Assembly (NCBI GenBank): GCA_907165135.1
Contig: OU015567.1
Span: forward strand, 9,114,001-9,178,000
Direction: 5' to 3'
Length of the DNA stretch: 64,000 bases
From: Oikopleura dioica
Lineage: Eukaryota > Animalia > Chordata
Shown here: piece after piece, positions 10,894 to 23,500 of the stretch
Numbering within the stretch: the stretch's first letter is position 1
How the letters are laid out: every line of letters begins with the position of its first letter
Position numbers and translations under genes: made by a program
The notes under the pieces: model-generated
Seen by the model: only the letters and a program-made list of their open reading frames with translations
Database searches by the model: none
Told to the model about the DNA's origin: nothing

Positions 10894-12543
10894 ATGCTTT
10901 TCAAAGAGATCTACCGGCTGATGAATGAGGGACTGCTCGGCAGGGACCTCCGCGGTACACTCAGACTAGAAGATTTGCGGAAGTAAGTACAGTCTATTAA
11001 CTATGAGGACAACCAACAAAATCCTAACTCTTCGTTTGCTCAGGCCGACCCAGTCGACGGCGGTGTCAGTGTACATGTCAGCGATACAGAACCTGTCGAT
11101 ATCGTTCGAGAACGCGACAGTAGCTCCTTACACGGGAAACGACCCAGTCATGATGGAAGCGCTCTTCAGCGACGGCCACTACTACTTCAGCTACATCGTC
11201 TCGAGAATGAACATGATCTTCGAGAAGTGCCGCATCCAGTTGAAAGGCGACCCGAAGTGCTTCCATCTCGGCGACATCATCCACCCACAAAAGGACAGAT
11301 TCAACGAAATTCTCTCACACTTGGTCAAACTCACACAATTTTTCAAACTCGCCGACGTAAGACTCTTTCTCTTTTATCCTTTTTAACCTTTTGACTTTAG
11401 GAGAAAATCGCCGAGGTTGCCAACGATTTCGAAGAGCACAAACAGCAGAATGAAAAAGACAAGAGAAAAGTCGGAGAAATAGAGAAGGTAAAAATAGGCG
11501 CTTTTAATTACAAAGTTTTTTTCTATACATTCGCCTCCTCTTTCAACGTCATTTTCAGCAAATAGCGGAAATCGAGAAGGAGCGTTCAAACCGAGAAGCA
11601 GAAATGAAGTCGCTGAAAAACGAGATCGATGAGAAACAAGTGGAAGAGCAGCGGATCAGAGACGAGTACTTCGAGAAAAACGAGGAAAACAAGCGAAATC
11701 AGGACGAGGCGTCGTTGCTGCGCTCGAACGTGGCGAATCAGAATCAGGAAATCCAAATCTTCACCAGAGAAAAGAAGACTCTCCAAGAGCTCGAAGTCGA
11801 CGATCCCGAGATGTGGGATCGCCTCTTTGTCGAGAAAGCAGCTTTGATTGAACGACTCAAGAGCGAGAATGCGCAACTCTCTGCTGAAATTCCTCGGTAG
11901 CTTACCCTTCTCGCTCTATTTCTTTTCATCCCTTTTTCTTTTAGAACTCATAAGACGCACACGGAAGAGCTCGGAATCGTAGACCAGCTCAAGATTATGT
12001 CCGAGGCGCTGACTGCCTACGTCGAGAAAGTAAAGACAAAAGACGAGTGCGAAGCTACTTTCAAAACAGCCAAACGACGTCGTCAAGAAGTACGTATCCT
12101 CTCTTTATCACTCCCCTTTTTACCAAATTCGTAGCTCAACCAAAAACAGAGCAATCTCCGCTCGGACTTGAATGCGCAAAACGCGAAGTGCGAGAAAATG
12201 CACCGAAAGATCGTCCAAAATCTCGACTCTGCGAAAAACGCGCAGAAGATTCTTCAGTCAAAACTCGAGAAGGTTAACGACGAGCATCACGGTACAATCC
12301 TCTCACTCCTTCCGCCGATTTAATTTTCATTTAGAATATCTTTCGATGAAGGAGAATCTTGAGAACGAGCTGGCCCAGTACTCGCTCGAATACGAGGAGC
12401 GAAAAGAGTTCAACCAAAAGTCCAAAGCGGCGCACGACGAGTTCATGAACGAACTCAAGTTCTACGCCGACGAGTTGAGCGTCGTCTTCCAACAAGTCCA
12501 CAAGAGCCGCCTCAACGTCATGAAGAAAACCTTCATTTCCTAA
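10894..12543 (+). CDS. NUF2: Kinetochore protein NUF2-like (CH domain + coiled coil); 5' end uncertain
   Basis: EDLRKPTQSTAVSVYMSAIQ...FHLGDIIHPQKDRFNEILSHLVKLTQFF matches the Nuf2 CH-domain pattern, followed by long coiled-coil exons. Confidence 0.78.
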
Positions 12544-12898
12544 AACGTTCAGTTAGCGACACTGCCCCACTTATCGTTCACCAAAGTCAACCTTTCATAC
12601 TCCACACATTCACCACTCACGGCATTCCCAATAAAGCCAAACACCAAAAAGCATTCCAATGGTTTGATTTTATTCTCGAATGTTCTCTTCTAGCGTAGCA
12701 GGTCGTTATTTCAATACAAAATGAAGCAGGGCTACTATTTTCTTAGTAAAAAAGAGGAAGTAATACCTACTCAACTGGTAGAGTATTACTGTTTCATACA
12801 GGCATTAAGAGAACATATTTTTCACAAAAATAGTAAATTCTGAAATATCTTTTTATTCTGAGATAAAAATTATTTCTAATCAATCCAATTAAGAGAAA

Positions 12899-15446
12899 AT
12901 GGTAGTGGCAGAGAGCGTTTGGAACGCGATAGAGCTGGCAGAATCCTTTGGCTGTGTTGTAAGACGAGCGGCTATTGATGGAGAGTAAGCGCAAATTAGA
13001 ACTTGGTTAATATTTTAATTGTTCTCCAATTGTTTATTGGTCTTTTGTGCATAAATTCTAATTGTCCCCCTGCAATTTAAACTTCTTTTTACAAGGCATA
13101 AAGATGTCGAGCACATTCCACTTACAATGGAGCCATCGCCGATCAGCAAGCAAAACTTCTTAGAGCTCGAAGCCGCCGAGCTCGTTTTCAGCGAATTGAT
13201 TCATAAAATGTCCTCCGATCGGGATTTTATGAACGAGGCGCTGAAAGAAACTGCGGCAGAAGATGCGTTTTGGAGACGTCTTTTGGAGATTTACAATAGA
13301 GTGCAGGAGGAAGCGCCGAATCCGATCCTTCTCGGGCTGCATCGAATGGACTACTTGCTCGAAACAATCGGAAATGACGAGTTTGCTAGAATGGTGGAAT
13401 TTAATACAACTGCCGCGTCGATGGGCGGCCATGCGGAGAAGATTGCCGAGATCCACCGAATAAACGGGCACAAGTACGGTAATTTCGATTCGATCTGATA
13501 ATTGACAAAAGAACAATTCAGGCCTGAGGATAATTCCGTTACGCCCAAACTTGCCGAGCATCTTGCTGAATCAGTAAAAGCTTATTCGAAGAAATTCAAT
13601 ACGCCGATTGAAAATTTGACAGTTCTGACCATACGGGAAACGCCTGGATCTGTGAATTTTTCTGACCAACGGTAGGCGCATCTTTTTAAAGAAGTGGAAG
13701 TATGGAATCGTATGTAGGAAGGTGGAGTTATCTGTGAGCAAGCGGCTTGGATACAAATGTCCTGTTCGACGAGTCACTTTCACAGATCTGGCGAATAAGG
13801 AAAATGTCAAAATCACGGGCGACAGAAGATTCTTCTACCAGGGCACAGAAGTGGCTACATTTTACATGCGAGATGGTTATGATTTGGGCTCCTAAAAAGG
13901 ATAATTTCAAATTTAATTATTTTCTTCGTGAAATTTTTCATTAAATTATGATTGAATAATATCTGTATTTTGACATGACGGTGAATTTATGGCCGTTCAG
14001 AGACAGCATCAGACTGTGTAATTATCATAATAATTTATTCAGATCACAATTTTGCGGCGGGAAATCATATGACACGATAATGAGTTGTATTTTTTTACCT
14101 TTGTTTCGAGCCTATCAAAGATCCAGTGTCTTTCCCAACGGAGGAATTGTGGAAAGCGCGAGAAAATGTAGATACCTCCGTCGCCGTCAAATGCCCAAGT
14201 GTTCAATATCATCTTATGACGAATAAGGTAAACTCCAGAATCAGAGCACGAAGACCATAAAGTCTACAGTCTGCCTTTTAAATGCAATATTAATCGTTCC
14301 CAGATTCATCGAATCAACGGAGTTTCCCTGAGTTACGGTATTGATTTACAGTACATCTCGGAGCGCACGACTCCTAGTATGTCGAAATCCTTCGTTGAGA
14401 TCTCCAAGTTCTCTTCGGTGGAGCACAAGCATACTCACAGTAAAATTGGGCTTACAGAAAGGGAAGATGATCACATATCTTTCCTTAGAGAGGTTGACCA
14501 AACAATCGAACTATCAAGGACCATATAAAGGACCGTTACGAATAAATAAATGTTTTTCTGTGTACACAGATTCTCGTGACAAAGTTAAGTGTGAAAGTAG
14601 AGACTGTATTGATTTATGGTCCATCTATCATTTAAGCACTTTGTTTGGTGGAACTCGAGGTCGAAAAATCCCGTTTTGTCTCTTGAGGAATTGAATTTCA
14701 AACTGCCAGCAACTGTATCTGTAGTTAGGGTGGACAAATCTCTCCTTTGTTTTACCTCAATAACGGTACACACAATCGATCTTTTCAGGTCTTCCAAGCT
14801 TGTTTCTCAAATAAAAAACTGCTGCATAAATACATCAGCCAAGAAGAAATCGAATCTATCAAGAATTTCATCGCTCCCATGTGCTACGTAAGAAACGTTC
14901 CAAAGCGGCCTCAAAATCAACTGTTTTCCTTTTGTAGCTCACGGACTGGAATAATCCGATCGTTACCCAGGCGTTTTCGACGCCATCCTCATACTGTTTG
15001 AAGATATTGCGCGAGGGAGGCCATTTAGGTAATATTTTCGATGAAAAGGAGGTGCTAGAGACGCTGGAAAGGATGAAAACGGATAAGGTTTTACGGTAAG
15101 TTCTAATTTGTTCATTTTTCCTTGAATATTTGTGTTTTTTCAGAACGGAATACTGTCTAATGGGAAAAATCAAATCCGATGTTCATCCAAATACTCTTGG
15201 TAAGCCAAACTTAGTGTTGGTAACTGTTGTATTCATTCAAATTTAGTGAGAAGCGGAAAAACCGATGGTCCCCAACGAACGATCGCAGAATATGGCATTT
15301 TCGGTGGATTTCTTTGCGTGGACGGAGAAGTTTTGAAAAACGAAGTTTGCGGTCATTTAGTTCGAGTGAAACCGGAACATTCTCACCTCGGAGGCGTCAA
15401 TGTTGGCGGAGCGTGTGTTGGTTCAATGAAAATTGTCGAAAACTAA
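12899..15446 (+). CDS. GSS: Glutathione synthetase-like (eukaryotic ATP-grasp type), divergent
   Basis: LGLHRMDY, MVEFNTTAASMGG, FYMRDGY, AVKCPSVQYHL, LKILREGG, YCLMGKI, AEYGIFG...GHLVRVK...GGVNVG. Confidence 0.9.
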
Positions 15447-15515
15447 CTCATTTCTGTAAATTGAAAATATGATTCAAAACGCGATTTCTCCTTTCACTTT
15501 ATTCCAATCAAGTTC

Positions 15516-16163
15516 CTATAAAAAACCAAATAAAATCAGCTTCAATCTTTCTCCTGAGCTGGAGGAAGAGGCAGGACTTTCTTCCCGAAACGCTTCAGAT
15601 AATCGGCTCTCGATTGTTTTACAGTTTCTTCCTGAAAATTAAAGATAACGCGATACCGGTTATTTTTAAATTCTCCTTACGTTAGAGGGGTCATCTGATA
15701 TCTTTGAGGAAGGGAATCTTTGCTTCAGCGAAGGATTGATAGAATCGCGTAAGATGGGTTCTTCCGTGCAACTGAGACTCGTTGTTTCTGGGTCTTCGGC
15801 GATTCTCGTTCGAGAATCTTCGAAATTTTGTAAAGGAGCTGGTGAATTGGAATGATGGGAGTCTGACGCGCCAGAATTTCCAATTTTGTCAGTTGATTTG
15901 ATACTCGAAGGGGTAGTTTCTTCCTTTGGATCATCGTCATCGCAACCCAGCATCTGCAAATTTGAATTCGACGCATTCTCCTCAAGGGCAGATTCATCAA
16001 CTTTCTTCAAGGAAGAATCTTCCTTCGAAACATTCCCAGCTTGTTCTGTTCCTTCTTCTATCTCTTCATAAGCATCAGGAATAGTCAAGCTGATCAAATG
16101 CGATAATATCGAGTCAACAACAGAAGGTAGACTTTCTTGAGGTTCGGATTCTTCTACTTTCAT
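15516..16163 (-). CDS. Unknown acidic low-complexity protein (2 coding exons)
   Basis: ~160-codon ORF with a GTAAG donor, spliced in frame to EETVKQSRADYLKRF...FL*. Lies directly downstream of SNX3 on the same strand. Confidence 0.55.
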
Positions 16164-16606
16164 TAAATTTGTAGTCTTTTTATAACTGCTTTCTGTCCGA
16201 TAATTTCATTTTTACAATTTTATATTCTAGAAGATTTTATGCTTGGTCTGACATGAGAGAATGTTCCTTGTGAAATACCGATAATTACGATGAAGCCGAG
16301 TTCTACTTTCGAAGAAAAAACCAACAAAAGTAGTTATTGTGAACGATGGTTTTTCCCCGAATGATTTGGTAGCATAAATATTTAGTATTTATTTATTATT
16401 GACAGATTGTATTTTCAAATCACACCAGAACTTAGGAATCATACTGTATTGCATTGGGTGTCGTGAGAAAGAACTTTTTACTGGAAAATAATGAAAATAA
16501 AAGGGATGAGAAAATGTAGAAATGGTGAATGGACATTTATAGAAATAATAAAGCACGAAAAGCGTTTTTTCTTAATAAAAAAGGATTTTTCATGAGTGCT
16601 TTTAAA

Positions 16607-17684
16607 TCAAGAAGGACGCATCTTTCCAGGAGTATAATTTTTGTCGATGACTGTTTCTTGAAGGAATTGGTGGAGGGAGCGCTCGTTTTGGGCGAGAGGG
16701 TGGCCCGCGATTTTGTTGATGAAAACTTCGAGTCCTTGGCGTCTTACTTCGATGAAACCCGGGTCAAATATTCCGTCGTCGTTGCGGAAGGGTAGGAGCC
16801 GATTCAGCGCCTTTCCGGGGAGGGAGGGGACAACTACCTGAAAGAACAGTTACAGAATCTACAGACGAGAAGAAACTCTTTGAAAGTCTCTTTACCTTGC
16901 TGTCTCGTTCGAGTTCATTCCTGAGCCACTCAAAGTCCGAGTAGCGTCGTCTGACAGACAACTCCTTCTTCTTGAAAATGGGCAGATTCGTATTCAGCTT
17001 CACCTCGTAATCAGTGAACCGTTTCCTGCCAAACTCGTGCGTCTTCGAGTCGCGCACTGAACAACCGCTGGAATTAAACTTCGAATTAAATTTAAAAGAT
17101 TGGGGATTATTCGCATACATGGGGGATTATGCAGCGTCGATTCCTTCTCAATCCTTGGCAAGGTTTTATTCAATCCGGGGAGCTAGGATTGAATTTGCTT
17201 GGGGTTTATTGGGTTCGTTTGAATGAACTTTCCAAAGCCATATTTTCTGATAAAAAAGCGATAGGAAAATTGCTCTAATAGAGAATATGATTAATATTCA
17301 ACTCTCTTACATTCAAAAGTTTATGTTTATACAGTAAGAAAGCTGAATATTGATGACATTCTATAAAAGGGGGCACAATTATAACGGGCAAATTCTTCCC
17401 GCGGCACACAATTATAACGGGTTCAATATTCTTCCCTGGACTCACTTTAGTTAACTTAAGTTAACGGGTTTCAGATTATTTAAGGAATATCTCAGGTCAG
17501 AATGATCCAATATTCCTCAAATAAGGTGATAAACTAGCCTTTTCAAGGACTTGTTTGAGATGCGAATCAACAGTAATTCATCTGTACCTTCTATTTCGAG
17601 AAAATTGGCAGGTTCTGAATACGCATCAGCCAGGTCGACTTCTTTTTTCTTGCCTACAGGGAGTCTATCTGTGTTCAAACTCAT
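16607..17684 (-). CDS. SNX3: Sorting nexin 3/12 (PX-only)
   Basis: MSLNTDRL...DAYSEPANFLEIE|VRDSKTHEFGRKRFTDYEVKLNTNLPIFKKKELSVRRRYSDFEWLRNELERDSK|VVVPSLPGKA...IAGHPLAQNERSLHQFLQ. Confidence 0.95.
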
Positions 17685-18286
17685 TCTAAACAGCTTATAT
17701 TAACAATCAGTAAATCAGCAATTGAATGACGAAAGAGTTCTCTGAGCCAGAGTGTAAGAACGTCTCGTTTTGATCGTTTTTTCAAGGCTTGAAAGGAGGA
17801 AAAGAGAGATTGATGATTCATCGGAGAGCGAGTGGCCAATCACAACGCGAGAGGAAAATTGCTTTCCAGTTCATCTTCAGTCTCTTTTCTCTAACGCGTA
17901 AGTGGAATAATGGTGTTTAGTTTTGTAGTTGGTTGTAGCTCGTTTTGTTTGTAGAAATAGCAATTTATTACGTAATCAAATTTTTTTTATCGAATGTCTC
18001 AGAAGATCGAGCGCTGTAATGGACTTTACAGGTTAAATACAGTAACTAGAGATTGCCAGATATTATTTTGAATCTTTCCTTTTTCACGACGTAGTTACGA
18101 ATGAAATTTACTTTTCGATTGATCACGAAAATTAAATATTAAAAACATAAGATTTATTTTTTCATTATAGTTTTTATTTTACAGAACGTGATTTGAAAAA
18201 AATGGGAGTGAACAGTAGTGTGTGAATTGATTTTTTTCAAAATTTCAAAATCGAACGAAGAAATAATAAAGAACAGATAAAAACGC

Positions 18287-19794
18287 TCAATTGCTCAGTT
18301 TTTGCTCTTCTTTCGGGGGAACCGGAGTGGGCACCGCTGAGGGCGCTTTTGAAGGAACAGCTGAAGGTTGCTTCGACCCAGAAGGTTCTAAAAACAGTTA
18401 GTGTCTCAGGAAGAAGAAAATAACGCACCTTCGAAGGGATTCTGCGGAGCTGGGGATTTCGGTGGCGGCCCAGGAGTCTTTATTTCGAGTTGTCAATCAA
18501 AAGAGAGCTCTTAGAGCTAACTAATCTAACAATTTAAATAAACAATAAATAGAAATATTCTTTCATATGAAAGACTATGGATTCAACATATGACTCATAT
18601 GATATGAGCTGATCTTAATTCAAATTGCTCTACAATTTTCTACGTAGATATCAAGACGACTATCTTTGTGGCTAGCCGTCAAATTATCCATTATCTTTAG
18701 CTACTCGAGATACAATGTGTAGCTATAGCATGACAAAACCGGCCTTTGGAGCGGGAGTTTTGCACGGTGTCTTTAGTCCATTACCAGTAGTCGTCATCGT
18801 TGTGACGCGGGGTTCAGGAATAGCCTGAGTGGAAGGTTTGAAATCGGAAAGGGATTCCGTCCCATCTGCCTCGTCAAAAACAGTGCGTTAGCGAATTACT
18901 TCATTATCCAAATCTCCCTTAAGACTGATATCAAAAAGCACCGCGTGCCTAGATCCGCCAAAATTGCGGCAAGTGCCTCTCTAGCCGCTGGATTAGCCGC
19001 CACTGCCATGCACAACTGCGGCTTAACTCAATAGGTCCTCAATTTTATTCGAATGTCGATCGTTTGGAATTTTGGAGGACCCTTCCGTTGAGGGCGTTTT
19101 TGGGTGCGCGGGGAGAGTGAGGACACTTTCGCGCCCGTTTTGCAAAGTGGACTTGGGCCGCATTTCAAACCCTCCCTTGGAATCGTCTATCGACGGCTTG
19201 ACGGAGATCTCGGTTACTTTTCCGGGCTCGCTCGGCTGCGTCACCGTCTGAAAATCGCAAATGTCAAGAATATTGAGAAATATCGCATTTCCGCTTTTAT
19301 TCTTTCAAGGAAACTCGAATTCAGATGGGCCATCTGAGATGGCTCGTTGATATATAATATATCATATATTCATAAATAAGTATTCTTTCCCGTGTGTTCG
19401 AATTATTACGTCAGGGTGTTTTTTTCAATATCCGCTCTTTACACTCGAATGCTCTTATTTTGCTATAACAATTAAAATTCGATTTCCAAGGCAGAGTTAT
19501 TAAATCTGATATTTATCTGGTCTGGAGCATCAGACCGAGAAATTTGCGTCAAGAAAGACTGCTTTTCATAATCTTAGATAATCGAATGAAACGATTATAT
19601 TTGTAGATAGAGTTCATTCTTTTCGCTTTTGTTCCTTGAAAGAATCAAAGCTCTTTTAAAACGACCGTTTTTCTATTTTGAACCTGGAGCTTGGCACCAG
19701 CCCATGGGTCGGTGTGACTCGCCCCCGGGCGATCTTCAATCTGTTGCACTTTAACGAGACTGACCTGCGCGGCTTTGGATCCGCCACAACCCAT
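18287..19794 (-). CDS. Unknown Pro/Ser-rich protein with N-terminal myristoylation/palmitoylation motif (MGCGGSK)
   Basis: Exon 1 MGCGGSKAAQ...AKLQ|GT, exon 2 TVTQPSEPGK..., last exon EPSGSKQPSAVPSKAPSAVPTPVPPKEEQKLSN*. Internal junctions are uncertain. Confidence 0.6.
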
Positions 19795-20082
19795 TTTTTC
19801 GGATTCAGACGAAAGAAGTCCTCTTTCTTGGTTTTGAAAAGAATGTACGAAAATGGGAAAATAAGACTTGAGGCGGCGGCGGACCGAGCGGTTTATACTC
19901 CTTCCATTAAAAATTGACGGAGCACCTGATCTTGCGGGGAGCGTTCCTCGCTCGTGGAACCATGAATCAAGTTATTGTTTAATTCAAGAGAAGCATCAGT
20001 TATTCAAGAAGTTAGAAGGTCTCGTTTTGGTAAGCACATGCTCTCTCCTTCATCACGTGAATTCGCGCATTATCTACGTGAG

Positions 20083-20392
20083 CAGGGTTCGGTAATTTGA
20101 GCTCACGCTAAAACTCAAGGAAACAAAGCTTGAGACTCACGTTTTTTAATTTGAGTTTTGAGAACTCAGAGATGAGAAATCAATTCTGGCGATCCATGAG
20201 CCAATCAAGGAAGCGCTCGCTTAATTTGAGTTTTGAAAACTCAAAACTCTCAAATCTCCCAAAAACTCAAAACTCTCAAAATCTCAAATCTTCTCAAAAT
20301 GATTTCTCAAGTCACTTTGAGTTCTCAATTTGAGGAAATTTGAGCGTCTAGCCAAGATGAGTTTTAGCTTGAGCTCAAATTACCGAACCCTG
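20083..20392. mobile_element. hAT-family MITE
   Basis: Perfect 23-bp TIR CAGGGTTCGGTAATTTGAGCTCA. Perfect 8-bp TSD TACGTGAG (20075-20082, 20393-20400). Internal TGAG/CTCA motif arrays. Confidence 0.95.
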
Positions 20393-20514
20393 TACGTGAG
20401 TGAAACTCTCTGTTAGAAGAAAGGCCATTGTATTTGATATATTTTGAACTTGTCAGGCAAAATTCAGTCAATCAAAGAACCGGTAGCAACAGATATTAAG
20501 CATAAACATTTTGT

Positions 20515-23500
20515 TCAAAGCAAATCCGCGGTCCATTCATCTTTTCGCCATCGAAGAGGGCTGAAATTAAATCGTCATTCAAAAGAAGGAATTCGTTCTA
20601 ATTAGCCTCCTTTTGCCTATATAAAGGGCCTGGGCACAGCCTTCTTTTTTCATGATTCTTAATTTATCTTAAAACAATCGAACTTACTTTGGGGAGAGCG
20701 AGGATGGCACGTTTTTCAAGTAGCCCTGGCGCGCTAAGTTCATAAATATATTCTACTCTTTATGAAATTAAGATCACATGAGCCTCGGTGATTGTATAAA
20801 AACTATTTAACACTTGATTGCGTTTTAATCAAAATTCTGGAACTGCGTAACTGAGATGTGAAACAAGAATTGCGAGGGCAGCATTGGATACAGGTCGATT
20901 CTCCCGACTCCCAGTCGCATTTTGAAGCGCTAGAAATAGAAGTAGTAATGAAAATCTTCATGCTTGATTACATAATGCGTTCTTGATATACCTCTTGTCG
21001 AGCAGACAGCTAGGATGGTCAGCGCAGCCCATTGCGTAGCTGGTTACGACTCCATCTTCTAGTGCCAATTCAGGAAAAAAAGCGTTCCGACTTTATATAA
21101 CCACAGATGTTCGGAGTCTATGAACCATCTATGGATTCATTTTCAATTGGGTGTGTCTTGAAATTATGGTGAAAACGGAGTGGAACGCTGCCTAATTTGC
21201 ATCCGAGTTGATTTTTCGCGCACTAAATTATTTCAATAAGCGTAATTCATGGTGGAAAAGACTGCGCGTCTTTTCGAATGCTGTCAGCATCAGATGTAAA
21301 TGAAATATTGACCTTATATAAGACTGAATATTAATTCTGCCGTTTCATAACGCCTGTTAGATTCATAAAAGAAATTAACTCTTTCTAGGTGCCCTTAACC
21401 CGTTAACAGGCGCGTGGCCGTCTCACGGCCACGCGTGGAAACCAGTAGCCAATAGCATGCCCGGATCCATCATTTCACTCAATCACAAACAGGCAAAAGC
21501 GTAGGCGAAATCGACCGCCCTGTTAACGGGTTAATGTTCGGCCCGGAAGAACAGTAACCCGCCTTGTTTGAAATCGGCCTACGCAGATTTCGCACTTGCA
21601 AAATTTTTTTGCTGATTTGGAGAGATGTTTGATCAACAAGTAAACTTGCTTATTTACGACTATAACATCGCTGGGACTCGTTTGGGGACTCATACAGCTG
21701 TTTTTGTTTATGACGAAGAGTTCTGGTTTTCCATCGAAGGGATCAAGGTAATTAAAGAAATAAATGAAGCATTTTTTATTGGAAAATAAATTTCAGAAAC
21801 GATGTGGAGAGAAAAAGTACCAGTTTTGTGAAAAGCGATTCGTCTGGGAACCGATTTTACCAGGAGTGAGGTATCAAGTAGATATTTCTTTTCATGTCAG
21901 GTGAAACTAGAACAAGTGATTCAATCGAGCAATTTATGTAATTATTTGCGCATAACATCTTGGCTCAAAACCTCACGAGTAAAATTTTCTATCAGGAGTC
22001 CCTCATTCCTAGTGAGACTAATCGTTCTATAAATTATAGAACATAGACTATAACCCAAAGAATTAATTTGTCGATCATGTCTTGAAATCATTCCACTTGT
22101 ATAGAAAAAACTCATGATGTCTTGGAATCACAGGATATTCAGGCTATCATATGCTATATTCGTCTTGAATTAAACCACCTCCTGATCCCTAACTTTTTGC
22201 TTTGCTCGTCAAGAGTCTAGTTTTTCACTATCACGAGGAAAGAAACCTTGTATCCTTCGACAAACTTGAACTTAGAAGTTTCTCATTTCTGAATTCCAAA
22301 ATTGAAGTCGCGGCCCGGCGCAATTAAAAAATTAAAGCTGCGCAATTTCGATAATTACCTCTTAAAAAAGAAGACTTTGTTCCAAGTTTAAACATTGTCC
22401 AGAACTTGGAATCAAAAGTACGCAATCTGGGATCTGTCTCCAGCCAAACGAAAAGGCCAAAAGAGGTGCTTAATTTGGGACAGACACCGATTTCAAAGTC
22501 GGACTTTCTGCAACATCTGGAGTGCTTCCTTCTTCCTGAATTTAACAGGTACTGTTTTACGTCACAATATTCCCGGTCGAGTCAGTTTCTTGACGTCGAG
22601 ACGTACCGTATTAATTATACAGTATAATATGTAATAAGTGAAAGTTTTGAGCCAATAAGAGCCCCTTGTTCTTCCGCTCAACCAATAAGAAGCTAGAATT
22701 TCTTGCTGTCTAATAAATTAATACAATTTTTCAGAAACACATATTCTCTAACTACACTGAACTGCAACACCTTCTGCAATGCTGTGATCACCTATCTCCG
22801 ACCAACCAACAGAGAGCTCGGGAGAAATCGACTGAATCAAATTTTCGACGAGACGGATAAAACAGTCCAGGACGTGAAAGAAACCGCCGTAGCCGTGGTA
22901 GATCAATCGGGGCAAATGATCAAAACTGTAGCTGGCGTTGCGCTAGGATCGGGATTCTTCTCTCTAGATTTACATCATTTAGGCTCAATTTAATCGAGTT
23001 TAATTGCCCTGGCATCTGTGGGAGTATCCTTTGTGAAGAAAGTGGTTACCAAATGATTTCATCATATTTTCAGAAGCCGCCCAACAAGAACTGAACGCTT
23101 TATCTAATCTTTCTTTTCAATAAAATACAATAAATTTCTGTCACTAAAAGAACTATTACAGTAGGCACTGATGACAGCGTAATGAAAGAAATATGTGATG
23201 GTTTCTCGGTAAATTCAGAACAGAAACTCTGGATGATCCATTCATATTAAAACTTTTGTTCCAAAGAAGACTCGCGACTTAAAAACTTTAGCTACTATTA
23301 AAACAAAGTGAAGAAAAAGAAAAACGCAGCATTTCATCTTCGCACATTTGAATAGACACAGGACAAATAAAATGCTTTCTCAAACCCGGACATTGCCAGC
23401 TCGTTTTCAACTTGAAGCGACTTGAAAAAGATTTGCCCACGATATAAACCTTTCTTCGAGAAAGAAATAAAAAGGAGATGAGATCGAAAACTCCAACGTA

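Noticed and set aside
13870-14125. GA-AA type intron at the GSS GY/DP junction
   Set aside because: Not forced; GC-AG or GA-AG alternatives keep the frame.
17370-17470. CACAATTATAACGGG direct repeats in the SNX3 intron
   Set aside because: Only two copies plus a partial one; a simple tandem duplication, not an array.
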